Program-made: the position numbers and the translations under genes
In this document: positions 28,461-55,448 of the stretch, piece by piece
Layout: each line of letters begins with the position of its first letter
Numbering within the stretch: position 1 is the first letter of the stretch
Assembly: GCF_009914755.1 (NCBI RefSeq)
Contig: NC_060933.1
Reading direction: 5' to 3' (one strand)
Source: the human T2T-CHM13v2.0 reference genome, Homo sapiens
Length of the DNA stretch: 64,000 bases
Notes under the pieces: model-generated
The model's database searches: none
The model's input: only the letters and a program-made list of their open reading frames with translations
Told to the model about the DNA's origin: nothing

Positions 28461-30568
28461 ACAGCGGCGGGGCGGGGTCGGGGGGGGTGGTGATCGTTGG
28501 GCGGTGGAGGCGCGCGCCCCGCTCGGCCCCGCCCGCCGTTGGTTGTTGGGCCGCGGTTCCCGCGCGCAGGGAGTTTAAAGGGCTGGGGCCCCGCCGCCCG
28601 CCCCGCCCTCGGTCCCACCACCCGCCCGGCGGCTGGAGTCTCTGCTGCCCGAGGTCCTGATGGGCACCCGGCGTGCCTGGTTTCTTAATCGAGTTCCGTC
28701 TGCTCAGCTGTTGCACGCTCTGTGAACCAGCCCTGTCAGCACCGCCCTGACTCCTCCGGGCCGATTGTGGGCCTCCGGTTCCCCATCTGTGGAAAGGGGA
28801 GAGTCCAGGAAGTGGCCTCCGAAGTCCCTGCGGGCCGCTCGCGGCGCGGAGGCCACAAGAGCCGGGCGAGAGTAGACACTCTCACCCTGGACTGATGCCC
28901 CGAAGTTGCCTCGGGGATCTCCCCACCCCGGCGACCCCGCTCTACCGAGCGGCTGCTCCGGGAGTCGGGGCAGCGCCCTACTTTGCTCGGCCCCCACCTG
29001 CCCCGGCCGCGTCCTAGTACTCGCGCCGGGACGCGCGGAGCCCCAACGTCCTCTGCCCGCCCCGCCCCAGCCCCGCCTGGCTGGCGCCGACCGCGGCCCG
29101 GGTGGGGCTCGCAGGCTGCAGAGGAAGGACCGGGCGGAGGGGTTGCCCGGCTTCCTACCCGCTAGATGTGGCCTGGGGAGCTGCGTTTTGTTCTTGGGAA
29201 TACAGATTCCCAGGCACCGCCTGATTCGCGGTAGGGGCTCAATAAATATTTGCTGAATGGATGAATGAATATCCATTGGTTAAGGGTTAGGATTGGTAAT
29301 TAAGTTAGAACACGACTGTATAATAACAGATAACTAAGCTGAATAGCTTTTCTCTCTGTGAAAGACACACAAATGCACAGCTATGACTAAATTAAGCCAC
29401 AATTGTTTAAAAACAAATAAAGGAAACTGTACTGATATGAACAATTTCAAAAATGTATTTTTATTTTAAAAGGCAAAACAAGCAATAGTGTGATTTTATG
29501 TAAAATTGTTAAAGTGGGGAAAATACGTTTTTACTTTTAGACGTACATAAAATATCTGGCAAGATGCAAAAGAAACATGGATCATGGAGGGAAATTGTGT
29601 GGCTGGGAACAGAAGTGAAAAGATTTCAAGAAATACAATATATAACTATCTTTTGAACTTTGAACCAAGTGAAAGTATCCTTTTAAGAAATGAAACAGTA
29701 TATAGCCTCCATTTTCTGGAGGCCTACTACAAAAATAGCATATATGTACTGATACACAATAATACATATGGATGTTTCACAGTTCACTCAACAATTGGGT
29801 AAGGAAGATATTTTTCCCATTTTATAAATGAGAAAAGTTGAGGCTTGTACAAGATTACATAATAAATCCTTTGGAAGAATAAGTCTGTACTGCCTGTGGA
29901 TTATATTCAGTGTCTGCTGAGCAAAAGGAGGAAAAGGCTGAAAAATGGGACTCACACATTTCTCGGTCCCGTTTCTCATATTCCAAAACTTTCAGGGTTT
30001 AGGGGCAAATTTCATATTGTAATGGTTGATCTAGAAAGTTGAAAGTTCAGCCCTACTTTCACCTAATTTAGTAAACATACATTTTGTTTTTACAGTTTAA
30101 TACCAAAAAACATATTTTTCTGAATCAGTTGGAAGGGAAATGTTATCCATCTGTTTTATACTTGACAAGTAGTGTAAAGAAAAAAGTGATCTATCCATCA
30201 TGGACACTCGAATTAGGGGTTGAGCAAAATCCAACAGATTAATCACCAACAAATAGTTACTGTTTAACATTCAGAGCATGCCCCAGAGGGCAAGATGAAT
30301 CATCCAGCACAGGATGCTGACTTTCTGCTTCTAAAAATTGCCCTTCATCAACAGTAACCTGGCAACTCCACTTGCTCTCTTCCCCAAGAGAATGAAAGAC
30401 ATGCCAGGAATGTGTGAACTGGGCAGAAGGTGATTCCAGGAGCAAAGCTGAGGTCATACCAGATCTTTGCTTGTTTGGCTCCATTTTCATGCAATGAAGA
30501 AGCTGTCTGAAGTGTATGGATCATATTCCTGATGTCTTTGTTCTGTCTCAGATATTAACAGCCCATAA

Positions 30569-31121
30569 TGTCAGAGGCCTGTGAACCAGAGCAACTCCAT
30601 TTTAAAAAGGAGCTGGGTAAAATGAGGCTGAAACCTACTGGGCTGCATTCCCAGACGGTTAAGGCATTCTAAGTCACAGCATTAGATAGGAGGTCAGCAC
30701 AAAATACAGGTCATAAACACATTGCTGATAAAACAGGTTGCAGTAAAGGAACCGGCCAAAACTCACCAAAACCAAAATGGCCATGAGAGTGACCTGTGGT
30801 CCTCCTCAACTGCTACACTCCCACCAGCGCCGTGACAGTTTACAATGCCATGGCAACGTCAGAAGGTTACCCTATATGGTCTAAAAAGGGGAAGCATGAA
30901 TAATCCACCCCTTGATTAGCATATCATCAAGAAATAACCATAAAAATGGGCAACCAGCAGCCCTCAGGGCTGCTCTGCCTATGGAGTAGCCATTCTTTAT
31001 TCCTTTACTTTCTCAATAAACTTGCTTTCACTCTGCACTGCGGACTCGCCCTGAATTATTTCTTGTGAGAAATCCAAGAACCCTCTCTTGGGGTCTGGAT
31101 CAGGACCCCTTTCCGGTAACA
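30569..31121 (+). mobile_element. Solo LTR MER41A (ERV1)
   Basis: TGTCAGAGGC...GAACCAGAGCAACTCCAT start, ...GGACCCCTTTCCGGTAACA end; 553 bp; TG...CA termini; 4-bp TSD ATAA/ACAA; lacks the MER41B GAS segment. Confidence 0.88.
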
Positions 31122-31318
31122 ACAATACATACTAAATCTGAAAAATACTGAAACCTATCTCAGGATACTTACTATATTACTAAAGTAGCATTTTCAACTC
31201 TTAAAAATATAGGCCCCTTCAGCTGGGCGCGGTGGCTGACAGCTATAATCCCAGCACTTTGGGAGGCCGAGGTGGGCAGATCATGAATGAGGTCAGGAGA
31301 TTGAGACCATCCTGGCTA

Positions 31319-31724
<406 letters not shown>

Positions 31725-31873
31725 TTAAAGTTTCAAGATAAAATTGAAGTAAGACAAAGCAGCAGTTATTAAAGTCTATGTAAAACATAGCAGGCCAGGG
31801 GTGGTGGCTCACACCTGTAATCCCAGCACTTTGGGAGGCCAACGCAGATGGATCAACTGAGGTCAGGAGATCA

Positions 31874-32936
<1,063 letters not shown>

Positions 32937-33541
32937 TGATCCGTCCACCTTGGCCTCCCAAAGTGCTGGGATTACAGGCATGAGCCATGGTGCCGGACCC
33001 CAGCATTTGGTTTTATTGATGAGAGATACAATGCAATCTCAAGTGAGGATCAAGTGATCCTCCCACCTCAGCCTCTTGAGTAGGTAGAACTATAGCCACG
33101 CACCACCACACCTGACTAATTTTTTGTAGAAACGGGTACCACTATGTTACCCAGGCTGGTCTCCACCTCTTGGCCTCAAGCAATCCTCCTCCCCCCAGCC
33201 TCCCAAAGCACTGGATTATAGGCAGTCCTCAATCTAATTCTCATCTCTCCCCCACTTAACTAGGACTAACGATGCATTCCTAGCAGCTTGCTTTACATCA
33301 GCTAACATCCCATTGGCCAAACAAGCCACATGGCTCAGCCCAAGACTGGAGAATTATGCCCTGATGTTAGGTGGGAGGACACTGCAAAGTTACTTGGCTG
33401 AGGGTGTGGATACAAGGGAGAGTGAAGAATTGGGCCATTAACACCCTCACAGTCTGGGAGTGTGAATGCCCTCCTGTGGTGCCAGGCTGTTAACTCCAGT
33501 GCCACATGTTGAAGAGATGCTGAAAGACATGTTCTCCAGGG

Positions 33542-33878
33542 CACAGGTTTGCAACCCCCGGGCCGTGGACTGTGTGGCCTATTGGGAACCAGCCACACAG
33601 CAGGAGCTGAGCAGCGATAAAGAAGTATTACTGCCTGAGCTCTGCATCCTGTCAGACCAGCGGTGGCTTTCGATTCTCATAGGAGCACAAACCCTGTTGT
33701 GAACTGCGCATGTGAGGGATCTGGGATCTAGGTTGTGTGCTTCTTTTGAGAATCTAATGCCTGGTAATTTGAGGCGGGACAGTTTCACTCCAAAACCATT
33801 CCCTTTCCTCTCTCCATCTGTGGAAAGGTTGTCTTCCACAAAACGAGTCCCTGGTGCCAAAAAGGTTGGAGACCGCTG
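33542..33878 (+). mobile_element. MER1B (hAT-Charlie non-autonomous element)
   Basis: CAACCCCCGGGCC...GATTCTCATAGGAGC...GGTGCCAAAAAGGTTGGAGACCGCTG; 8-bp TSD CTCCAGGG. Confidence 0.88.
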
Positions 33879-34265
33879 CTCCAGGGCACAGTTGCAAGTT
33901 TGCACAGGCCCTGCTATGTGACTGAGTCCCACAAAAGACATTTTGTAACAAGAGGACTAAAATATCACCCAAACTTTAAACTTGGGGCCCACGTAAACCT
34001 CAGATAAGGTAGTCTTCCCCTCATGGGAGCACGGTAAAATCTTCTTGGCTAACAGATAACTTGACTAACTATAAACAAATCATTTTTAGCTGCTTAACCA
34101 CATTAGGGATAACCTACCAAACCTCCTTCAACCTGAGATCACCACATTCCTAGTAATATAGGGACTTTGGGCCTCCAGAATTGTCAGTGAGACAGCTTGG
34201 GAATGACAGTCCGATTCAGAAGGCTGTCCCAAGGACTTGCCTTGAAACTATCTTTCCATAGCAAG

Positions 34266-34287
34266 TATATATATGTACATATATATA

Positions 34288-34319
<32 letters not shown>

Positions 34320-34372
34320 CACACACACACATATATATGTATGTATGTGTGTATATATGTACATATATATAT
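34266..34372. repeat. (TA)n/(TG)n/(CA)n compound microsatellite
   Basis: Directly visible. Confidence 0.9.
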
Positions 34373-34379
34373 AATTTTT

Positions 34380-40764
<6,385 letters not shown>

Positions 40765-41013
40765 TAATTGATTTCTGTCATCTAATCATAGTAGTTAACA
40801 CCTCCAATACAATGTTGAAAAGTAGTGGATAGTGAACATCCTTGCCTTATTTCCAATGCTAGAATTCCCTATAGTGTATCCCCATTAAATAAGAAACTAA
40901 TTTTAGGAATAACATTCAATTATGTTAAGAACGTATTTTTTAATTCCTATCTTCCTGAGTGCTTTATGACGAATGTATGTGGATTTTTTTCCAAAGGCTT
41001 TCTCTGCTTTTAA

Positions 41014-44322
<3,309 letters not shown>

Positions 44323-44829
44323 GTGTAGAAGACAAATTCTCTCATTCCCAAGTGATCCAGAGGAGGGCCAATAACTCTCAACTTTTCCCCCAATATTAAA
44401 GGTAGTGAGAAGAATGTCTTGTATTTACATGATTACTTTTATTTAAAATAATATTTCTAATAAATAGTAAAAGCTACTATGCCTCTGTTACCTAAAAAAT
44501 GTCAAATATTTTTAAGAATAAAATATTGATCATTTTATTTATTCATTCTACATATCATTATGTCTTCACCATGCAGACAACTTTGTCTTTCTTCTTTAAT
44601 AAATTGAAGTTTTACCTAAAGGGCTTACTTAAGCTACACACATCATGAAGTGCTTGAAAAATTTAGTTGGCCAGGGAAGAACAACCAGAAGAGATGGCTT
44701 TCCAGCTGGACATTTGTTGAACTGAACTGCCTTCTGTGTCACAGAAAGCACACTTCTCTCTCACGATGTTCATCTCCCGTCCTCTTGGATTTTTGCCTAT
44801 GCTGTGGAAATACCCAGGATATTGGGTAT

Positions 44830-45290
44830 CTTTGTGTTACTGACTTCCCAGCTTAATGATCTGTAAGGCCAAAACTTAAGTGACTTAAAACAACCACCAT
44901 TTCATTTTCTTATAATTCCGTGGGTTGACTGAGCTCAACTAGGCAGTTCTGCTGGTCTTGTTTTGTATGTCTCTGGCAGTTGCAGTCAGATGGCAAATGG
45001 GGCTAAAGTGATCTGGAAATTTGCCAGTAATAAAGGAATGGCTGAGTCTTTCTCCTTCCCCATATAGTTTTAGGGCTTCTCCTCTCCAAGTGGCCTTTCC
45101 ATGTGGCTGCTTGGGCTTCCTTACAGAATGGCAGCTGGGTCCAAGGAGAATCCCAAGAAAAAGAAAGCAGAAGCTGCCATTTCTTTTAAAAGCTAGGTCC
45201 GGAATTGGCACAGCATCATTCCCACTACATTCTATTAGGTAACATGAGTCACAGCCAGTCCAGATTCAATGAGGGAGGTGACTGCACAAA
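44830..45290 (-). mobile_element. Old MLT1 LTR
   Basis: CAAAACTTAAGTGACTTAAAACAAC...GGGTTGACTGAGCTCAACTAGGCAGTTCT. Confidence 0.6.
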
Positions 45291-45929
45291 CACACGAGAA
45301 CTGCGAGGTGTACCTCATTGTGAGCCATCTCTGCAGAACAGTCCTAACACCTTCTCATTTGCATTGTCTTTATGTATATTTACTTTTGTTGGATAATCAA
45401 ACAGAAAGCCCACAGGACATGCTGGTACAAAGTATGAGGCAGAGTAAAAGGAAGGACTAACACTTTCTGGTGGGGGAACGAACAACCTTGAAGTAAAGGT
45501 GGCTTCCAAGCTTTCTCTGGAATGGTGAATAGTCTCCCTGAGGAGCTCAGGGAGGGTAAGTCAAGCAGAGGAAACAGCATACGTGAGGTCACTGAGGCCT
45601 GAAGGAGCCAGGGATGTTTGTAGAACATAGTCCTGTAAGGATCATATGAGAGGGTGGAGAAGGTGGTGGAAAAAACTGGAGAGGAAAGCTGGCATATGAT
45701 TAAGAAAGTATAGCTAGTCATGGTGATACATGCCCATGGTCCCAGCTACTTGAGAAGCTGAGATTGCTTGAGCCTAGGAGTTTAAGACCAGTCTGGGCAA
45801 CATAGCAAGACTCTGTATGAAAAAATAAAATAAAATAGAGAGAGAGAAGAGAGAGAAAGAGAGAGAATGAATGAATGAAAACAAGGAAAAAAACAAAAGA
45901 GAAAAAAATAAAGAAAAGGTTCTATCTGA

Positions 45930-46650
45930 AAATGAGTTAGCCAAGCTCGAGGTGAAGGGCACAGTCCTTCAGACTGCCAAGTCTGCCTAAGACTGCAGAC
46001 AACAGCCACGATGAGTCAGAGCAGATAGGTGCCACAAGAGTGTCCTCAAGTCAGACACCAGCCTCAAGTTTGGGGGCTCCCTGGGCCACCCTCATTCAGA
46101 CCAGCTAGCTGCAAATTAGGGTTCCCATGACCACCCTCAGGTCTGATAATTCACTAGAATGACTCACAGAACTCTGGAAAGTGTTATATTTGTGGTTATA
46201 GCTTTGTTACAGTGGAAGGCTACAACTCAGAACCAGCCAAAGGAAGAGACACCTCAAGCGAAAACCATAGTGGATCCCCATGTGCAGCGCTCCTGTCTTC
46301 AGGAATGGTTACCGGCCTGGTGTCCACGTGTGGCAATGCACTGGAGGACTGCCAGCCCAGGAAGCTCAGCTGAGCCTCTGATGTCCTCGTTCTTACTGGG
46401 ACTTGATCACACACTGTTTGCATGGCTGACCTTTTTAGTCTCTGCCCCTCCGGAGGTCGCAACTGATAGGGCATGTCCCAAAGCCCCCACCAGAAATCAC
46501 ATGATTATGGTTGTCTGATCGCAAAAGCACTCCAGGCAAATAAATAACTATAAGGCAGGATATTCCAGGGACCCCCAAGTCACCTCTCAGTAGCCACACG
46601 CACAAAGGCCAGGCCTCTCTTCAGAGGAAGTGAATTCTGCACCGCACAGC
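45930..46650. mobile_element. MER21-family LTR
   Basis: CAGACACCAGCC..CAAGTTTGGGG...GATAATTCACTAGAATGACTCACAGAACTC. Confidence 0.65.
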
Positions 46651-47027
46651 ACCCTGCTGTATTGTGAATACAGGTTAGGAGTGCAGGCTTTGGAGTGTGT
46701 CTGGGTTTGCCTGCCCTGTGTGGTCGCCAGTCGCTGTGAGGCCTGGTTCTTCTGTCCTTCAGCACACTTGTGGGACTGTGCTTCCGTGCACCCTTTGAAG
46801 ACAGGGGTGGTCTCGTGACCTGCCTCAGCTGAGCAGCAGAGCTTCAGGAATCAATGCCAGATTCACCACAGGCCCTTTCCTCTACCTCAGGGAGCGGAGA
46901 GGGTGTTGAGATGAAGGCTCCATCAGCCTGGACCCCTGAGTAACCGGGGGGATCATGTGTCCACCCCAACCCTTGCCAGACTTGCTGCGTGCGTGAGAAA
47001 TAAACCTTTGTTGTGTGAAACTGCTGA

Positions 47028-47174
<147 letters not shown>

Positions 47175-47502
47175 TGAGTAGCTGGGATTACAGGTGTGTG
47201 CCACCACGCCCAGCTAATTTTTGTATTTTTAGTAGAGATGGGGTTTCACCATGGTGGCCAGGATGGTCTCGATCTCTTGACTTCGTGATCCGCCCGCCTC
47301 AGCATCCCAGAGTGCTGGGATAACAGGTGTGAGCCACTCTGCCTGCCCGGCCCACAGAATATCTTAGTCTAGCCTGATGTTACATCACCGGTGACCTTGG
47401 GCAAGTTCTTCAGCTCCCCTGCTCCTCAGTTTTCTCACCTGTAAAATGGGGACAATAGTGCTAACCTCTCAAGACTCTGGTGAGAAGAACTGAGTTACAC
47501 AC

Positions 47503-47888
47503 TGTGTCAGTTTGTTCCGGCTGCCATAACAAAGGCCCATAGGCTGGGGGGCTTAACCATGGAAAATTTACTTCCTCACAGTTCTGGAGGCTGGAAGTCC
47601 CAGATCAAGGTGTTGGCAGGGCTAGATTCTTCTGAGGCCTCTCTCCTGGGCTTGCTGCTGGCTGTCTTCTCCCTCTGTCTTCACAGAACCTTTGCTTTAT
47701 GCATGTCTGTGCCCTACTCTCTTCTTATAAGGACAACAGCCATATAGGATTAGGGTTCACCCTGATGACCTCATTTTAATTTAATTTCCTCAAAAGACCC
47801 CATCTCCACATATAGTCACATCTCAAGGTACTGGGGGTCAGGATTTCAACATATGAATTTTAGCGGGTCAAATTCAGCCCATAACACA
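47503..47888 (-). mobile_element. MLT1A/B-type MaLR LTR
   Basis: GGCTGCCATAACAAA...CACAGTTCTGGAGGCTGGAAGTCC...AATTCAGCCCATAACA. Confidence 0.75.
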
Positions 47889-48103
47889 CATGGAAAACAT
47901 TTACAGTGGAACAGCACGTGGTGCATAGTGAATGTTCAATCATATTAGCTATTATTATTACTATCATTATATTTTATATACACTGACAAGAAAATATAGC
48001 CAATAGTTTTACCTGAACAAGGTTGCTGAACAATATATTTGCCATTATCTCTATTTAATTAATAATAAGCAAAGAATCATGTATACTTAAGGACAAAAAA
48101 TTA

Positions 48104-48280
<177 letters not shown>

Positions 48281-48394
48281 TTACAGATGCATGCCACCAC
48301 GCCCAGCTAATTTTTGTATTTTTAGTAGAGCCTGATGTTTAGTGTAGCCTGATGTTACATCATGGGTGACCTTGGGCAAGTTCTTCAGCTCCCC

Positions 48395-48860
48395 AATCTG
48401 AAAAGGCTACCTCCTGTACTAGCCAACTCTATGACATTCTGGAAGGATATGTCCAGAGGCAAAACTATGGAGACAGTGAAAAGATCAGTGGTTGCCAGGG
48501 GTTGATGGGGGAGGGTGGGATGAAGAGGCAGAGCCCAGAGGTTACTTAGGGCAGCAGCCCTGCTCTGTGTGATACCATAATGGTAGATACATGTCATTAT
48601 ACATTTGTCCAAACACACAGAATGTGCATCCCCACAACTGAGCCCTAGTGCCAACTACACACTCTGGGTGATAACAATGCATGGATGTGGGCTCAGTGAT
48701 TGTAACACGTGTGCCATTATGGCGGGGAATGTTGGCAGTGGAGAGGCTGTGAGTGGAAGCAGGGGGCTTATGGAGCTCTGTACTTTCTGGTCAATTTTGC
48801 TGTGCATATGAAACCACTCTAAAAGTAGTCTATTACAGTTTTTTAAAATGCAAAACAAAT
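48395..48860 (+). mobile_element. L1MC/MD 3' end
   Basis: AATCTGAAAAGGCTAC...GGCAAAACTATGGAGACAGTGAAAAGATCAGTGGTTGCCAGGG. Confidence 0.7.
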
Positions 48861-49416
48861 AATATGCTAAACTGTTAATAATGATGGGGGAGGGGTATAT
48901 TACAAGGATATTTGGTCATATATTTTGATAATATTTGAATTTCTTTTTACCTGTGTGTGTGTCTATGTAAATTTGTAATCAGAAAAAAAAAATGTGTAAG
49001 AAAACAAAAGGGTAGCCAGCTCCTGGGGATCAATAATCAAAAACAAGGGCGGTTGGTCCACATCTTGTACTTCTGCACATGCAAGGCCTAACTCTCAGCT
49101 GATGCTCCATAAAGGTTGGCAACATCCTCACTGCTTGCTAATCTCTCAGCTGGGTCATAGCTCCAAAAGATGTTGGGAAGGAAGGGCTCATCCCCTCAGA
49201 AGTAACCTCTGTCCCCTCTCTAGTAAGACCTGGCTAGGATTGAGAACTCCAAAGGACAGAGGGGCAAAGACTTAGGAGGGGGCTCTGTATGTGTGAAGAG
49301 GTGTTCAGATGTCTGTGGGAAGGGACCCTGAAGGAAGGACCACCAGGACCAGAACAGACAGGGAGGGGCTTTCACAGGCGACTTCAGCGACCATAGCACA
49401 TGGTGAGGCCTTTTAA

Positions 49417-49895
<479 letters not shown>

Positions 49896-50712
49896 TAGGT
49901 GTCTGACCATACGTTTCCTTGTGTATAAAATGATGATCATGATGCCAGTTTTCCAGGATCTTTGTAAAGATTTCCTGGCATAATGTGGGTGCTCACTTGA
50001 TTAATGGATTGAGATATTTCTTTAAGAAGTGAACACCAATAGGCTGAACTGAGGAATTTGTAGGTAGGAACTGGGGTGGGGGTGAGCAGGAAAAAGAAGG
50101 CTTTCATGCAGAAAATGGGGCCTTCTACACTTTGTGTGTGTGTGTGTGTGTGTGTGAAATGGAGTTGTTGCCCAGGTTGAGGGCAATGGCATGATCTCGG
50201 CTCACTGCAACCTCCACCTCCTGAGTTCAAGCAACTCTCCTGCCTCAGCCTCCTGAGTAGCTGGCATTACAGGTGCCTGGACCACGCCTGGGTAATATTT
50301 GTATTTTTAGTAGAGACAGGGTTTCACCATGTTGCCCAGGCTCGTCTTGAACTCCTGATCTCAGCCTCGGCCTCCCAAAGTGCTGAGACTATAGGCATGA
50401 GCCACCGTGCCTGGCCAACAGTTTTAATTCTGTTTACAAACATCTATAAAATGTTATGTGTAATATGATAATACAATTTTAAAAATATTCCCAAGGGGAA
50501 TAAATTAATCTCCTAAGAGTAAAAATGCACCTCCTCAGGTATTAAATAAACCTGAAGGAGTTGAAAGAGCTCTGATGGTCCTAGGTGTGGCTGGGTAGGG
50601 GTGTGTTACACTGGGAAAGGCTCGACTGGTTAAGAGCTTGGACTTAGATGACCATTCTGAGATGGGAAGTGAATCCTTGAGCCTATAATGACTTCTTTTT
50701 ATTTTGTTTTGA

Positions 50713-51030
<318 letters not shown>

Positions 51031-52194
51031 TAGTAGAGACGAGGTTTCTCCATGTTGATCAGGCTGGTCTCGAACTCCCGACCTCAGGTGATCTGCCTGC
51101 CTCGGCCTCCCAAAGTGTTGGGATTACAGGCATGAGCCACCGTGGCCAGCCTCCCTGCTAATTTTTTAATTTTTAATTTTATCTGTAGACACAAAGTCTC
51201 CCAATGTTGCCCAGGCAGGTCTCAAACTCCTAGGCTCAAGTGATCCTCTTGCCTTAGCTTCCCAAAGTGTTGGGATTACAGGCATGAGCCACTGTGCCTG
51301 GCCTAAAGACTTCTTAAACAGACAATTTTTCCTAGCAGCTACAGTGATTGTTAAGAAAGCAACTGTGGCCAACTCTTAACAAAGCCCTTGGATATCTCTA
51401 AGTAATCCAGGCTGCTGCTGATTTCCACATTTTCTCTGGCCAAATTTATCCCAGGACCTACTTTGATTGATTAATCCAAGAATGGGATGCAAATCTCTTC
51501 ATGTCCCTCTCCTCAATTTAAAATTTTTGTGTAATAATCATTCAAGTGTGAGAATATATATGTCTACAGTCACTCAACATTGTTGAGAATGGTGAAAAAT
51601 GGGAAACACTAAAATGTCCACTACTAGGGAACTGGTTAAGTACATTATAGTATGCAAGTTATTAAGGTATTGCCTGGCAGCACCAAACTCACCCTTTATT
51701 GCCTGCACTGTGAAAAATGCATCTGGCTGGACCTTTTAAATTGTTTTCCTTTGCCAGAAGTTTGATGTTAAGCCCTGTCAGTAGAGGGAGCTAGAGGGAC
51801 ACTGGAGGAGAAAGAATACTTCTTTTCTTAGATCTGGGGTAGCTTGCTTGCCAGGCTCCTGCAGAGCACACTTTTTTCCTCACCACTTGGCCCCAAGTGG
51901 TTTTTTTCTCTACGGCCTGCTAGGCTTCTACTTTTTCCAGCTTTCAATTTAAGCAGTAGTGGCAGGATAGCCAGGAGCCCCAGAACACATGGGGCCTGCG
52001 CTCCAGCAAAGGGACCTCCGTCCCTATGCGGTAGTCAGGCTATCTTTTTCAATGATGTGCCTAGGTCCCAGGCTGAACACATTAAATGTACCAGCTGCTG
52101 GATAAGGCTAAACTGCCTCAGCCAAAAAGGACGATTGGGTATCTATCCAGATGATACTGACAGATCTAATTTCTGACTGTGTATCTTTACTTTA

Positions 52195-52350
52195 GCTCCA
52201 TGCTTCTAAAATTTTACTGTATACAGGAATCTCCTACAGATGTTGTAAAGTGTAAATTCTAATTCAGTAGCTCTGGGATAGGCCTGAAATTCTGCATTTC
52301 TAAAAAGTTCTCAGATGTGGAAGCTGCTGGTCCACAGACCATCCTTAAAG
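52195..52350. mobile_element. MER5A-like
   Basis: ATTCTAATTCAGTAGCTCTGGG...ATTCTGCATTTCTAAAAAG. Confidence 0.6.
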
Positions 52351-52513
52351 AAGTGAGGTGTTAGCTTATGAACACACTTCTGAAGTGTAGTCTAAATAGG
52401 AGAACAGCCCTATTTCAACATCTTAGCCCAATGTTAGCACAGACACAGTATAACTTTCACTCTGCAAAATGATATTTTGTGGGAGGTCTGTGTATACCAG
52501 TTGCCCCCACTAG

Positions 52514-52738
<225 letters not shown>

Positions 52739-52974
52739 TAGCCAGGATGGTCTCGATCTCCTGACCTCATGATCCACCTGCCTCGGCCTCCCAAAGTGCT
52801 GGGATAATAGGTGTGAGCCACTGTGCCCAGTCCATCATTTCTTTTTCTTTCTTTTATTTTATTTTATTTTCTTTTTTTTTTTTAATTGAGACAGGGTCTC
52901 ACTCTGTCACCCAGGCTGGAGTGCAGTGGTGTGAACATGGTTCACTGCTGCCTCTACCTCCTGGGTCCAGGTGA

Positions 52975-53433
<459 letters not shown>

Positions 53434-53813
53434 TGAGACTGGTTCCCTTTAGAGTGATTCTAAGAACTAGTGCTTTATATACACAGTGATGTCTGCCTCC
53501 TGCTTGCATAGGTCTTTAAGGAGAGAGACTATGTCCTACTAACACCCCATGTTTTAGCTCAATGCTTAGCAGTAGAGCATGACAGTTAGACGTGTTCATG
53601 AGCCTGACTCTTCCACTTGCTGAGGCATTCATCTCAGCATACCATGGGACTGAAAAAGCATCTACCTCATCAGGTTCAGAATTAAATGAACAGGCCAGGC
53701 GTGGTGGCTCATGCCTGTAATCCCAGCACTTTGGGAGGCCGAGGCAGGCAGATCACCTGAGGTCGGGAGTTCGAGACCAGCCTGACCAACATGGAGAAAC
53801 CCCGTCTCTACTA

Positions 53814-54026
<213 letters not shown>

Positions 54027-54170
54027 TTATTACTCGTACCCAGTAAGCACTATATAAGATTCAGCTTACAATTATCCACAAATGTGTAAAATAATAAATC
54101 TTTCAGAAAAAGAAACAGTATCACATCTGTTTGTCTTATAATATGCATTTATCAGCTTCTCATCTATTAA

Positions 54171-54404
<234 letters not shown>

Positions 54405-55028
54405 TAAACTCCTGGGCTCATGTGATCCTCATGCCTTGGGCTCCGAGAGTGCTGAGATTAAAGTAAAAATGTGGCCACCACACTCAGCCACATTTTTATT
54501 TTTAACACATGTAAAATTACTTGTCATAAGTACATGTATATAAACAAGAAATTCATTCACCAAACAACAAATATTTCCTGAATAAAAGGCACTGAAGATG
54601 AAACCAGAGAGAAGGGAAGGAAGGGATTCAGAAATGAATTAGACACTATTTCTAACCTTAGGGAGGAGAAATAAGGACAAAGAACTATAATGCAGGCCAA
54701 TAATCCAGTGTGACAAGAGGCACAGCAATACCACATTCATGCTCATCATCACATGCAAGGAATTCTGTTTGCTACCTGCCCAGCATCTATTCCTACCTGC
54801 TGGTTTAGAAACCTTATTTTCCTCAGGGAACCACCCCATCAACTCTCAGTTCCAGTGGTTCAGGGGGTGATGACTTCAATCAGACTCCAGCTTGGGCTGG
54901 TAATCAAGCCTGGATGATGAGAGAATTAAATGATCTTCAGTACAGCAACTGGGTTCAATGGTGTATGTGTGACCCAAGACATAGGCCCGTGATTCAATTC
55001 TGGGACTTCTGTGCATGCACTAAAGTCA

Positions 55029-55448
<420 letters not shown>

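Larger units (their letters stand above)
26950..29230. promoter_or_regulatory. CpG island spanning ZNF367 promoter, exon 1 and start of intron 1
   Basis: Very high GC and CpG density, many GGGCGG boxes; boundaries by eye. Confidence 0.93.

Noticed and set aside
26847-29276. Many overlapping Arg/Pro/Gly-rich ORFs in the ZNF367 CpG island
   Set aside because: Expected in GC-rich DNA; only the ZNF367 frame has splice support and a recognisable protein
30257-30560. 77-aa minus-strand ORF in unique-looking DNA upstream of ZNF367
   Set aside because: No recognisable homology or convincing splice context
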